A stretch of 63,058 bases of DNA, filler included, from Hausera hauseri (lineage: Eukaryota), in NCBI GenBank assembly GCA_046269625.1. It is 10 parts of 10 records of this genome, joined end to end, with 100 filler letters (N's around TTAATTAATTAA, not from the genome) between each part and the next. Parts side by side here need not be neighbours in the genome. Positions count along the whole stretch, not along the records: positions 40,916 to 45,118 come from JBJURY010703549.1; positions 45,219 to 52,575 come from JBJURY010019675.1; positions 52,676 to 58,949 come from JBJURY010118320.1; 7 more parts are not named here. One strand, written 5' to 3'. Every line of letters starts with the position of its first letter. Within the stretch, counting starts at the first letter, position 1. Shown here one piece after another: positions 42,010 through 55,600 of the stretch. The position numbers and the translations under genes were made by a program. The notes below the pieces were generated by a model. That model saw only the letters and a program-made list of their open reading frames with translations. It was not told where the DNA came from and made no database searches.

Positions 42010-44450
42010 CGTACGTTTATTTCAGCCGCCAATGTCCGTACGCTCAACTCTTATTTCACCCCACCCACTTTCGCTTGTCATCGTTACATGACGAAACGAC
42101 TTTTGCACCAGTTATTGTGTACAGCTGGTGCTCAAGTGATCGGATGATCGTTTGGGACACAACAGCCACTGATTATCCTCCTTCTACTGCTACTTCTTCA
42201 TATATACGTCGATAATCACCGTGATCGATTTCCGTCTGTCTCAGCTGGACTCCACTTGCCCGCATTTTCGGTCCACAGTTCGTTAGAAGACTGTAGCACT
42301 TTGTGCATAGGAATATCCATTCCCGATATTGGACACGACCTTCACTTTCATCCTTGAAGCAGCCGATTTTGTTGGTTATCGTGCTGCTGTACAAGAGATG
42401 ATCAGGTGGGTAGTTAGACGTGTCAAGTAATCCATCTGACTTCATTTGCTGCAGTAGCTGTTCACGATTAACTTTTTTCAGCCGCAGGAAAGAACTGTCT
42501 ATGTCACCGGCAATTATACTAATGCCACAGCCGTCAAACACTTGCCGGTAACGTGCCAAGTCGCGATGCTGTACCTCATATATCCGCAATTTGCTGAGGT
42601 CCAATACCACTTGTCCTATGTAACTTGGCCAGTCTAGAACGACTTCTTCTCTGTTTAACAGCACCGCAACCAATCCATCGGCAATGTGCATTGACCGCCG
42701 AAACTGCACCTTTCTGGTATACGTAGCCAGCTGCTTTTCGCTGTTGTATAGGCATACATTGAGGCGCTTTTTCAGATTTTCCACTGTTATTCCGTTCAGG
42801 GAATTGTTTCTCAGCTTGTAATAGTCCTTGCGGCTCGTTTCTCCGAATTTCCCTCTGTGTACGCCTTGAATACGGGAGCCTGAGCAAATCGGATTGCACG
42901 ATGCAGCTGTGTAACGCAAACACCGAGCTGCATGTAAAACTGTAGCAGACGTTAATGGACCACGTAATTCAGCTTCGGTTCATGCGTTATGAGCCGTTTC
43001 TTCTCTTTTGAGCTTGGCGGACATTGGTTAAATGGTGCGACCGGTAAATCGTCCAAAACGTCATGCAGCTCATCTGGTATCACGAGATCGACCTCCATCA
43101 GGTATCGACTGAGCCTGCCATGTCTAGGGTGACCGTTATGTCGTCCAGATCTTGTCTGTCGACTACCCATTCGAATGAACTGTACGGCAAGGGTTGCGAA
43201 AGCGCCTAGCCATACAGACTGTTAATATCCTTATGAAGCAGTGATGTGGTATCGATAGTACTAATCTGATGCTTGTTGACAAATTTTATGCCATCTCGAA
43301 TACCAACATCAAACAGCCGGTACATTTCCAAGTCTTGCAGCAGCTCAATGTCTCGATCTAGTTAGATTAAAGCTGACGTCCAACTCATTCCCGGTATGGA
43401 AGAAAAGTTGAGTGGCTCCAGCCTATCTTCAGCCAACACTTTAGCTCGAAATGTCTGAAACACATCGGCTAATAAGCACACATCCAGTTTCAGATACTGA
43501 AGCATATACTCCAACATGTTTCTGCAACAGAGTTCTGTCCAACACCTCTGTGCTTTCCGGTATTCATCCTCTGCGAAACCTGTCCATAGCGGCTGTAATT
43601 CCTTTGCTGATCGTAGTCCCATATGTTGTTGCAAAGTCATACGGGAATATGCCTTTGCTACGCGCCATGTGTGGAAAATCAGCACATCCTACAAGGCATT
43701 TACGAGCTTTGCTAGAGATTCATTGAGAAATTGCAATGAGTCGAGAAAGCGTACCTGGAACCGGTTTATGTGTGCTGACAGGTACAGGTATTTTTCCATT
43801 GTTATTGGGGCTACTGACAATTTCTAGTGGGAAAATCCATTGATTGCCAATTTCAGTATATGGTAACAATCCTAACCTCGAAAATTGTGAAATATCGCCG
43901 GTATGAATGGTCGCACACGTCTTGCCAAATTGCATGTCCACATCAAGGGTTTATTGCTATTTCTACTGTATCAGGGTGCAATTTTAGTTTCCACTATGGT
44001 TTGCAACATCTGCAGGAAATCACGTACACAGTTCCAGCGGTGAAAGGCATAATACTGCGGCTGACCGACCGCTTTTATTGGGACGACCAACATACCAACG
44101 GCAATTGGAACGTGTTTTTAATCATAGACGTTGTGCAGTGGTAGAATTGCCTCAATATTGGCATATACCACATATGTCGGACTGTCCGTTTTCGACCAGT
44201 CACTGAATCTGAGCTCCTTTTTGAGTGGCATGACGTACATGGTTGTTCCCGTTGAATTTTGCTTGCACAGCGTCACATGTTTCTCCCATGTTGTTTTTGA
44301 CATGAATCCATGCAGAGATACAGGACAGCATTTGCATCGTATTCGCTTTTTGATGAACTGGTCATGCTCCATGTTCAACAGTCTATTCAGATTTGTCACT
44401 GCCTGTTGTTTAATAATTCCATTGGAGTTGTAACGGTAATTTGACACACA
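42010..44450 (-). pseudogene. polB: Polinton protein-primed family B DNA polymerase (degenerate)
   Basis: YLKLDVCLLADVFQTFR, DINSLYG, KLRNNSLNG, AGDIDS, KIGCFKDE. Confidence 0.9.
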
Positions 44451-44474
44451 CCAGCATCGCCACTATTGGGGATT

Positions 44475-44650
44475 TTCGATAGAAAATGTATTCGAGAAGA
44501 ATGCAAGGACCATCCAAAATCTGCCAATTTCAGATTGTAATCATAATCGATGAGCCAATTTACAGGATTTACGTCGCGATGTATAACTCCTTTTAAATGA
44601 TAATACACGAGTGATTCACATAGAGTAGCCGATATCTGACCGCACCACGC
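44475..44650 (-). pseudogene. Aurora-like Ser/Thr kinase fragment
   Basis: VIHRDVNPVNWLI..LKLADFGWSLH. Confidence 0.7.
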
Positions 44651-47600
44651 ATACGCAGGAACCAGAAAAATTCGAATATCACCATCAAATCGAGTATTTA
44701 AATAAAAAGTTTTCTGAAGGGATAATTTGGTCATAATATCCACTTCACAAAAAGAGAAATTAATAGAATTATTTTCATACAATGATTTTTTAGCATAACG
44801 TTCACTGCACAGATAAGTCCTTCCTTTTTTCTCTCAACTAAAAAAGGAACACGACCAAATTTCCAATTTAAATAATATTGAAGAATTCAACAAATAAGTT
44901 AATTTTGTAGTTTAGCTCATGGAACGATGTAGAGATTTTCGTACCTTTCGATACAAATGACCCAGTTTCACCGAGAGTAATTGTTTTAGACAACTGGTGA
45001 TCTCCCATTGCCGCAATCTCTAATTAAGTCAACTGTTTCAGGTGAATAACTTCGTTTTGTCGATTTGTTTATCCGTCTGAGAAATCGTACGTCTGCTAAG
45101 TAGAATATTTCGATCTGTNNNNNNNNNNNNNNNNNNNNNNNNNNNNNNNNNNNNNNNNNNNNTTAATTAATTAANNNNNNNNNNNNNNNNNNNNNNNNNN
45201 NNNNNNNNNNNNNNNNNNTGGCGTTCATTTAACTGAACGCCCTTTTTAAATTAATATACAATTTAAATATCATCAATCGAGTTTCCCCTTCACAGCATGA
45301 ACGGCATTACTCACGAACAATTGTTACCTTTGACATGCTAATTATTGTACTAAATTAAAACATCGTAATTTTGAGTGTATTTTTGGTTTCATATTGGGAA
45401 CCCTTTATGCAGGAAGTGCCAGTATTTAAAATATTATCTAGATGAGGATAAAATATTTCCATATTTGAATTCATCGTAAAACATTACCTTTCTGGACAGA
45501 ATTTCGTCAAAATTTGCTTCATATTGTTCTTTGTTAGTATTTCAGAAATATTTTCATTTTCAAAATGATGTGTTATTTTTGACAAATTGGTATATATCTG
45601 ATGGCGTTTTTGGCGTTTTTCATCGGAAAACGTTCAAAAGCATTCCTCAAAGACAGAATCGTTCAAGAACAGAAAAAGAACCCAATTCGGGCATGAAACA
45701 TCGAAAGAAGTCATCGATCCATGAGATGAAAAGTGAAAGTGTGCTTTACTCATTATCAAAAAGTTGTTGCTATTTGACAATTATATTTCTGAAAGCTTCT
45801 CTCCACGGAGCATTTATTATGAATTGTTGAAACTTTCATGGTAGATTGGTAATAATCGTTTCACTCAAACACTATCAGCTTGTAAATATAGTCGAGGGAG
45901 AGGTGCTGAATATGAATAAATTTTACTCCTTTCTGTATCCCATATGCACATAATTATCAAATGAAAACATAAGTCAAAATTTCATTAAATTTCAGATAGA
46001 GACAAATAAATAAAAGGTAAGCTGCACAAAAATTGGAAATTTGAATGATTTTGTCGTTAAATTTGGTTTAAATTAAGAAAAAAAAAGAAAAGAAGTTTAC
46101 CCTTGGTGACTGAATATCGGTCAGAAATTCGATTGATTCGTCCAGTTTCTTTCCAACAAATTTTGCCAGTTGTATTTCCTTCGTTTCTTTGTTATAATAA
46201 AGTTTCACTTCATCAACCGATTTAACGCTGCTAGACTGAGGAACATTCTGAGTACCAATATCAACATCGAAATTTAATAGGCTTTCCATTTCCGGGATTT
46301 GGTTTTCAACTTACATCCAACACTTCGCTGATTATTCAACGGTATGTTCATTCCATAAACGTTAACGGCAGAAATATCATTAATAAACTTCAAAATTCTG
46401 TACAATTTTCCATTTTCATCCAAAACATTTTGACAATTGTCAATTATTAAAAGGCTGACCCGTGAAAACCAATTTGACCAAAATTCATCTGAATACTCAT
46501 TCGCTTGTTAATCTATGAAAAACAATTATCCAATATTTGGCATTCCATCTGACGGTTTTAGAACGAACGTTTCATTATCATTAGATAGTAGAATAATCCG
46601 CGAATCTTTGATTTTCGAATACTTTCTAATTAACATCAACATGACAAATAACTTCATATCCTGATTATCGGAACACAGAACTATACTTCTCTTCAACGAA
46701 CAATCCCACTTCTGACACCAATGTGAGTTTAAAATTGTAATCATAAAATCCAATAATTTTTATTCAAATTTAAAAAAAATCGGTCTTTTGTTTCCATTCA
46801 TTCACTCTCTTAAAAGAAATCAACGAATAAGCAAACAGTTATTATAATATTGGAAATGATGACATCTAGATCGGCACAAAAGTGTAAACCCCAAAAGGAT
46901 CTGAACAAAGCTGATGACTGTGGTGCCGCGGTTGCGGGTACAGCTCTTTTCCTCAGATTCAAAAATTCAACTTCAAGCGGAAATAGCAATCTCTCCGACG
47001 TGTCCCTCTCATTTTGGAAAGCAAACAACAGATCGATATCTCAATGTTAAGCTTGGCGATTTTGGATTCGATGATAGGAATTGTTGGATGTACGGCTTCT
47101 GAAATTTACGATAAACAGTACGATGTTTAAAAAGTTCATTTGACGACTGTCATACAGTCATTAATTTTTGTATCCATTCATTTTAGACTTATACTAACAA
47201 CATCAACGAAAATATTTCACCATCCATTATTCATGGATAACTATCTCGATGATTCAGTATATTTACGTCATCTCACACTTCTTCAATATCCCCTACTAGT
47301 AGGCAGAAGAATTGTGTGATTATATGCATCAATAACGAGTTTTTTCAACACGTCATCAGTAGCGGGTTTATCGTCTGAACATTTCAAGTGTAACAAATCA
47401 TGCAACTGACCAGCAAAACATTCGGTGAACAACAGACCCATGTTCAACAATCGAACAATTATTTTGTCAAGGGTCACATATTCTGTACAATCAATTTTGA
47501 ACTTCATATTCAACCGTTCTAAATAAATGGTGATTTCTAGTTTAGAAGACGCCAATAGCAACGCATCAAAACAATCCAGGAAACTCAATAATGACGAAAA

Positions 47601-48161
47601 TGAATCGACATAGAACAATAGTTAGATTTGTATTCAAATTATCTTATTCATGCTGGCCCCAAAGACTATATCATTATGAACATTGATTTTATAGATAGAC
47701 GTTGATTTTAGATATAGACGTTGTTGTTTGAATTTTTAATCAAAAACAATAAAAGCGTTATTCATCGGCTTCATTCATTTTGGATTTAACTTCATCTTGG
47801 ATTATACTTTCGCGAATTAATTCAATCACTAAAATGACACTAACACCTCCTTTCACGAGTACAGAATAAAGCAAATTGCTTCCAATAAAGTTTTTAACTT
47901 CATCTGAACAGCCTGCTTTGAAAGTATTGGTGGACGAACATGGCTCTGATTTACAGAATGGAATTGGAATTTACTTGTTCAATTTTATATAATCATTTTG
48001 ATCGTTTACTGCGCAACAGTGATATGTTGACTGATCCTAAATTCTATATCAACGGATTTCATGTTAGCAGTTGTGAGATAGACGGGTGCATTCAGATTAC
48101 CTTCCCAAAATTTCATACGTTTCTCTGTTCGATCGAAAGCAAGTATCAACTTTACCATCGT

Positions 48162-51100
48162 TGACCCATGCTGACTTCACATCATTACTAAAGCTGCTAT
48201 ACGTAGCTGGCTATATTTATGGTGGGGAAAATTTCCCCACCGATTCGCTAAACCATCCAGCTCGACCCCACTTGAGGCACTACATCACCCCCGTGGCAAA
48301 AGTGAAGACGATGAGGAAGAAAAATAAACGTTGAATATCGTAAGAAAAGGAAGAGCTTTTACCTATTCAGTTTTGATATGTGTCAGACGTTGGATTCCAT
48401 CTATGAACTTCTCCCTACTCTAAGTACTAAATGTCACTTGGTGTGACTTGTTAAATGTTGCTGGTGCTTGTGGAGTTGTTCGAGGGACAGATGCTGTGGA
48501 TTTTGTGGTGTTTTGGGAGGATGCTTCATGAAGAGGTGAAAGTGGACAAGAAGCTAAAAAGGGAAAAGGATCACGCGAAGAAGGCGAGACTGGAGATGGA
48601 AGCGAATCGCTCGATGAAGGTGAAGTAAGTGGTGGATGTGCAGGCAATGACGGCGAAGTACGTGGTGAAGGAGCAGGGGACGATGACGGAAGTGAATAGA
48701 ACTAATTGTGACATGAGAATAATTGTTTAAACGGATCAAAATCATCGATGAAATTAGATGATGGCTGGAGGAAAGAGAAGTTAGCGTTAGGATTTGAAAC
48801 AGGGCTGTTATCCTGGTCATTGTCAACGAAGAATGCTGGCTTAAGATTAGAAATGTGTACATTTTGAGGTCTGTCCTTACGTAAAATCGTAACGGTATGC
48901 AAAGAAAGGTTGAGTAGTCTATAAGGACCAACGTACTGAGGCCGAATACCAGAAGGTGACGGATCCTTCAGCCATACAAACTTGGCTATGTATAAGTCTT
49001 CTGGAATATACGATTTGTCTTTATTTATAAGGCAGCAAAAGGCATTTGAGTTGACATCTACAAAGTGGGACTGTGCCGCACGAATAACTTCATCTGACGG
49101 ACTTTCATCGAGATTGAAGATCTCAAATATGGCACGAATTGGTATCCCAAAGAGAGCCTCGCTGGAGCACAACATGTGGTGGTGGATGCCGTGTTGCGCC
49201 AACCGAGTAGGACAAGAGGAAGAATTGAGGTCCAGTTATGATTGTCATTTGCCAAGATTTTCAAAGAAATCTTCATGGTGCGTTGAAATTTCTCGAGAAG
49301 ACCATTTGCTTGGGGATGGTACGGTGTTGTATAAAAATGGGCTATACCCAAGTGCCTTACCAGAGATTTAACAAAATCAGCTTTAAATTGCGGACCCTGG
49401 TCCGTTATGATGTGACGTGGTAAGCCAAAACGGTTGACCCGTATCTTGATAAATGCATCTGCTACCGAGTCGGTATTGGTTGATTGAAGAGGAACGGCTT
49501 CCTGCCAGAGAGAAGCGCGAGCTATCATGAATTAGATATATTGATAGCCATTGTCGGATGGTAAAGGACCGAAAAGATCCAAGTGAACGGTGTCAAAACG
49601 AGACGTGAAAGGGAAATGGTGAAGTGATGGTTTAAGGTGTTTATGGACTTTATATTGCTGACATGCTACACTTTCATTAACTCAGACCTGTACATCTGTA
49701 CGCATAGTTGGCCATACAAAGTGGCGTTGCAGTATACGAAATGTGGCTTTTGAACCCGGATGATGAAGAGAGTGAATATGAGTGAAAGCTGTCTTTTGTT
49801 GGTTTACTAGATTGGGAGTCCAGTGGATTAATTGTTTTTTCTTCTTGGATGAGTGGTGTGCAAAAGGTGCCGTTAGTTCGGAACAGTGTGGCATGTATTT
49901 GTGTACGAAATTCAGTGTCCCTAGAAAACTCCTTAAGTCTGTGGTAGTCTTTGGTAATATGACATTTTGTAACTGTTGTAAGAGATCAGGCTGGGGCAAA
50001 TGACCTTCGGGAGTAATTATGAGGTCTAAGACGTTGACGCGTTTCTCTAAGAAATTGCATTTGGAGAAATTAATTTGCAGGTTGCTTTGATGCAATCTGT
50101 GGCAAATAATTCTAAGGGGCTCATGATGTTGTTTGATAAAGATGGAAGCGACTAATATGTCATCTATGTATGGATAAGCAAAATCAAAACCAGGAGGAAC
50201 GGTGTCAATGTGGCGCTGAAAGGTCTGAGATGCGGTACGTAGGCCGAAGAGCATGAAGATGTATTTCTAAATACCAAATGGTGCGATGACAGCAGTTTTT
50301 GGAATGTCATTAGGTGCAACAGGAATTTGATGGTAGGCCTTGTACAGATTAATAGTAGAATAGGTATTGGTGTTATTGAGGCTATGAAGAATATCCTTAA
50401 TTAGTGGTAGGTTGTTTAATTGTCACATGGCCTATATGTGCCATCTTTCTTTACTATTACATGAAGAGAAGAAGCCCTAGGTGAATTTCTTCTCCGAATG
50501 ATATATGATCTTTGTAGTTCATTGAATTCCTGTTCCACAGCTTTACGTCTTCGTGGCAACAAAGGTCTGACCTTTTGTTTGATAGGCTTGCGATGCTCTT
50601 TTTCTATGTGATGATAAGTTGAGGATGAGAACTTGAAGTGATGTCCCTTTTAACTATGCGAAAGCATGACGTTGTGATGTGTGATTTAAGATCGGAGTCT
50701 AGAGATAAGGATGATTGAGACATGTCATCGGAAGAAACAGTTGCAGTAATTGAAGAAAAGTCACTGGCACTGCCACAGTCAAAATTCTGTTTGGATTTTT
50801 GTTTTAAAATAGAACTGTGATTGTTGTTCATAACTGAAGGAACGCCTAATTTATTTAAGGCTTTGTCATTAGTTGACGAATCATTCAACATATTTACAGA
50901 GAAGTGCAATGAATTGCTCGCTAGATTGTTTGCGAGACATATGTTTGGAATTACAATCGAGTTCCTGCTCAGCAGACAGCCGTATTTGCAATTGACCAAT
51001 AGATCATGTGCGGCAAGAAAATCTGAGCCTATTATGAGAGATTTAATATTGGCCACGTGAAACTTCCAGACAAACTTATCTGGCAAGTTGGCGAATGTGA

Positions 51101-52575
51101 AAGTCAGTTTCGTGGTTCCTGCAACGTGCAACGGTTGCCTACTGTCAGTGAAGAGCGGTGAACAGGAAATTATAGTGGATGTATGAGTGAAAAACAAGGG
51201 AAGGAGCGAGAAGGCAGCTCCTAAATCTATAAGGAAGTCGATATGTGAGGTATCTCTGCATAACAGAGCAGCTTCCAACAAAAAGACTGCAGATGCGGTG
51301 TTGAAACGGCCAGAAGATTGAGCGATATTGTTTGCGCCAGAATGTGCCATAAAATCTGGCTGCATTATTGGTTTTTTGAAGGATTTGGAGAAAAGGAAAA
51401 AGCGAAAGGAAAAGGCGGAAATTTATTTTTATAGTGTTTGCAACCAGGCACACATGATCTGGCCTGTGACTGATACTTGTCGTGGTAGATGCAAATAGGA
51501 TTGTCCGCAGCGTATCGTTAGCTGTAAAATCGACAACCCAAGAAGCATTTCCTTGCATCCTTTCGAAATCGCGTGTGATAAAAGCACGTCATACGTCCGC
51601 CAGGTGAAATGGATCGAGTAGAGTGTCTTGAAGTGCTTCGCTCCCTTAAAGGTCTGGTGTCACTTAGTCGAGGCCTATTAAGATTGTTTAATTGGGTGAT
51701 AATGGTCGCAACTGACTGCTGTAATGTGCCAAATTGTTGTTGCATCATTTACAGTTGTTGAGCAAAAGATATGGTGTCTATATTTTGCGTATGTGTGATT
51801 TCAGCCGCAATTGGAGAGAATTATTTGTATGGAGGATTTCGAAGGACTTATCAGCCATTATGGTCAGTTTTTCAATAGCACTAGACTCGTCGACGACATA
51901 AAGTAAGGCTCTGATTGAGGTGCACAGAGATGACAAGAAATAACGGTGACTTAGGTCCGCGTTATTTGTAGGCGTCACGCCTAAGGAGTTAAGCTGCAAA
52001 ATGGCCGTTTGGAGAAAATCGGATGGTTTTTGGTTTCCTATCTCATGATTTTTAAAGTATTTTCGTATAATGTGACCTATTAAAGGACTTGTGATAGAGA
52101 GTACAGCCTCACAGAGTGTTTCGTAAGGCGTCGAGGATCGGAGCAGTTTGGAGATGTTACTGATCTGCTGCTTGACGCTGTTAGGCAGAAGTATCAAAAG
52201 AATATTGGCTCGCACAAAGGAGTCGGTGATGTTGCTGGATTTTAGCCACTGTTGGTGGAATTGAAGCCATGGTTTGCTGGAGTTGTTTTATCAAAAAAAA
52301 ATCCATACAAGGTCGATTTAGTTAAGTTCGTAATTGTTGAAAGTTTAGTAAACGATAAAAATTCCAGGTTTTTGTGAATTTATCATCCTAGAAAGATGGA
52401 TTTTGGTCCGATCCACTCCGAAGGCGGAAGTGGAGCATGAGATGAATGATCGAACGTTTGTAGCATGTGAATGACAAAATGGAGTCAGAAGGATGTACAG
52501 TAATGCCTCAATATGTGAAATAGAAGTCAGAAGAGTTGAATGAGGAGGATAAAGAGTTGTATGAGTTGTGCTGTG
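48162..52575 (-). mobile_element. CsRn1-clade Gypsy element (Ubl-gag, PR, RT, RNase H deleted, IN) with candidate short 3' LTR at 48162-48284
   Basis: CHCC knuckle CFYHTRFRKDARKCFLGC (C-X2-H-X9-C-X3-C); FLIDLGAAFSLLP; YIDDILVAS; ITDQGPQF; YHPQANGLLE; GPY; GGGGGTGA-TGTAG junction. Confidence 0.88.
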
Positions 52576-52675
52576 NNNNNNNNNNNNNNNNNNNNNNNNN
52601 NNNNNNNNNNNNNNNNNNNTTAATTAATTAANNNNNNNNNNNNNNNNNNNNNNNNNNNNNNNNNNNNNNNNNNNN

Positions 52676-55600
52676 TTTTTGATTCAACTCACTGCGGACA
52701 GTCCTAATATGCATGTGTCCGGAACTGGGTCAGTCCAAATATTTCTTCGACTCAACTCATTGCGGAAAGTTCAAATTTGCACTTATCCGGAACTGGTTCA
52801 GCCCAAAATTATTTTTCGACTCAACTCATAGGGGTGAGAAAATATATGCATGTGTCCGGAACTGGGTCAGTCCAAAATTTTCTTTGATTCAATTTATTGC
52901 GGTGGGTCGGAATATGCATGTCTCCGGAACTGGGTCAGTCCAAAATTTTTTTCGAGTCTATTCATTGCTGTGAGTGCACGTATGCAGGTGTCCGGAACTG
53001 GGCCAGTCCAAAGAATTTATCGACTCAATTCATTGCGGAAGAATAAGTGTGCATATGTCCGAAACGGTGTCAGTCCGAAATTTTCGCGACTCAACTCATT
53101 GCGGTGAGTTCAAATTTGCAACTTCCCGGACTGGGTCTGTCCAAAATTTTTTTCCACTCAACCCATTGCGGTGAGTCCAAATATGCAGGTGTCCGGAACT
53201 GGGCCAGTCCAAATATTTTTTCGCCTCAACTCATTGCGGCAAGTACAAATTAGCAACTGTCCGGAAGTGGGTCAGTCCAAATTTTTTTTGAATCATCTTG
53301 TTGCGGTGAGTAGGAATATTCATGTGTCTGGAACTGCTGAGTCCAAATTTTTTTGATTCACCTCATTGCAGTGAGTCGGAATGCGCAGGTGTTCGGAAAT
53401 GTGCCAGTCCAAAATTTTTTTTGGACTCAACCCATTGCGGTGAGTCCAAATATGCAGGTGTTTGGAACTGGGCCNNNNNNNNNNATTCAAATTACCACGG
53501 TGAGTCGGAATATGCATGTTTCCGGAACTGGGTGAGTCCAAAATTTTTTTGATTCAATTCATTGCGCTGAATCGGAATGCGCAGGTGTTCGGAACTGGGC
53601 TAGTCCAAAATTTTATTTCGACTCAACCCATTGCAGTAAGTTCAAATTTGCTACTGTGCGGAACTGGGTCAGTCCAAATTTTTTTTCGTGTCAATTCATT
53701 GCTGTGAGTCCACATATGCAGGTGTCCGGAACTGGGTCAGTCGAAATATTTTTTCGCCTCAACTCATTGCGGTAAGTTCAAATTTGCAATTGTGCGAAAC
53801 TGCGTCAGTCCAAATTTTTTTTCGTGTAAATTCATTGCTGTGAGTCCACATATGCAGGTGTCCGGAACTGTGTCAGTCCAAATAATTTATTGAATCAATT
53901 CATTGTGGTGAAAACCAGTATTTATATATCCGGATCTGTGTCCGTCCAAAATTTTTTGGATTCAAATCACTGAGGTGAGTCCAAATGTGCATGTTTCCGG
54001 AACTGTGCCAGTTCAAATTTTTTTTGCTTCAGATCATTGCGGTGGGTCGGAATATGCATGTGTCCGGAACTGGGTCAGTCCAAATATTTTTTCGACTCAA
54101 CTCATTGCGGAAAGTTCAAATTTGCACGTATCCGGAACTGGGTCAGCCCAAAATTTTTTTTCGACTCACCTCATAGCGGTGAGAACAAATATGCATGTGT
54201 CCGGAACTGGGTGAGTCCAAAATATTTTTGATTCCACTCATTGCGGTTAGTCGGAATGTGCAGGTGTTCGGAACTTGGCCAGTCCAAAATATTTTTTCGT
54301 CTCAGCTCATTGCGGTGAGTTCAAGTTTGCAAATTTCCGGACTGGGTCTCCGAAATTTTTTTTCACTCAACCTATTGCGCTGAGTCCAAATATGCACGTA
54401 TCCGGAACTGGGCCAGTCCAAATATTTTTTCTACTCAACTCATTGCGGCAAGTACAAATTAGCAACTGTCCGGAACTGGGTCAGTCCAAATTTTTTTTCA
54501 TTCAGGTCATTGCGGTGAGTCGGAATATGCATGTGTCCGAAACTGGATGAGTCCAAATTTTTGACTCAACTCATTGCGGTGAGTAGGATTGCGCAGGTGT
54601 TCGGAACTGGATCAGTCCAAATTTTTTTTCTTCTCAACTCATTGCGGTGAGTTCAAATTTGCAACTTTCCGGACTGGTTCAGTGCAAAAATTTTTTTCGA
54701 CTCCACCCATTGCGGTGAGTCCAAATATGCAGGTGTCCAAGACTGAGTCAGGCCGAAATTTTTCTCCATTCAACTCATTGCGGAGAGTTCGAATGTGCAT
54801 GTGTCCGGAACTGGGTGAGTCCAAATTTTTTTGCTTCAACTCATTGCGGTTAGTCGGATTGCGCAGGTGTTGGGAACTGGGTCAGTCCAAAAATTTTTTT
54901 TGACTCCACCCATTGCGGTGAGTCCAAATATGCAGGTGTCCGGAAATGGTTCAGTCCGAAATTTTTCTCCATTCAACTCATTGAGGAGAGTTCGACTGTG
55001 CATGTGTCCGGAAATGTGTCAGTCTACATTTTTTTTATTCAACTCATTGCGGTGAGTCCAAATTTGCAGCTGTCCGGAATTGGGTCAGTCCAAATTTTAT
55101 TTGGAATCAATTCATTGCTGTCAGAACCAATATGCACGTGTTCGGAACTGGGTCAGTCTAAATATTTTTCGTCTCAACTTATTGCGGTGAGTTCAAATTT
55201 GCAACTATCCGGACTGAGTCAATCCGAAATGTTTTTTCGACTCCACCAATTACGGTGAGTACAAATATGCAGGTGTCCGGAAATGGGTTAGTCCGAAAAT
55301 TTTCTCCATTCAACTCATTGCGGAGAGTTTGAATATGCATGTGTCCAAAACTGGGTCAATCCGATTTTTTTTATTCAACTCATTGCTGACTGTCCTAGTA
55401 TGCTTTCGTCTGGAACTGGGACAGTCGAAAATATTTTTTCGACTCAAATAATTGCTGTGAGTCCAAATAATCAGGTTTCCGGAACTGGCTCAGTCCAAAT
55501 ATTTTTTCGACTCAATTCATTGCGGTGAGTCGGAATATGCATGTGTCCGGAACTGGGTCAGTCCAAAATTTTTTTTGATTCAACTTATTGCGGTGAGTAG

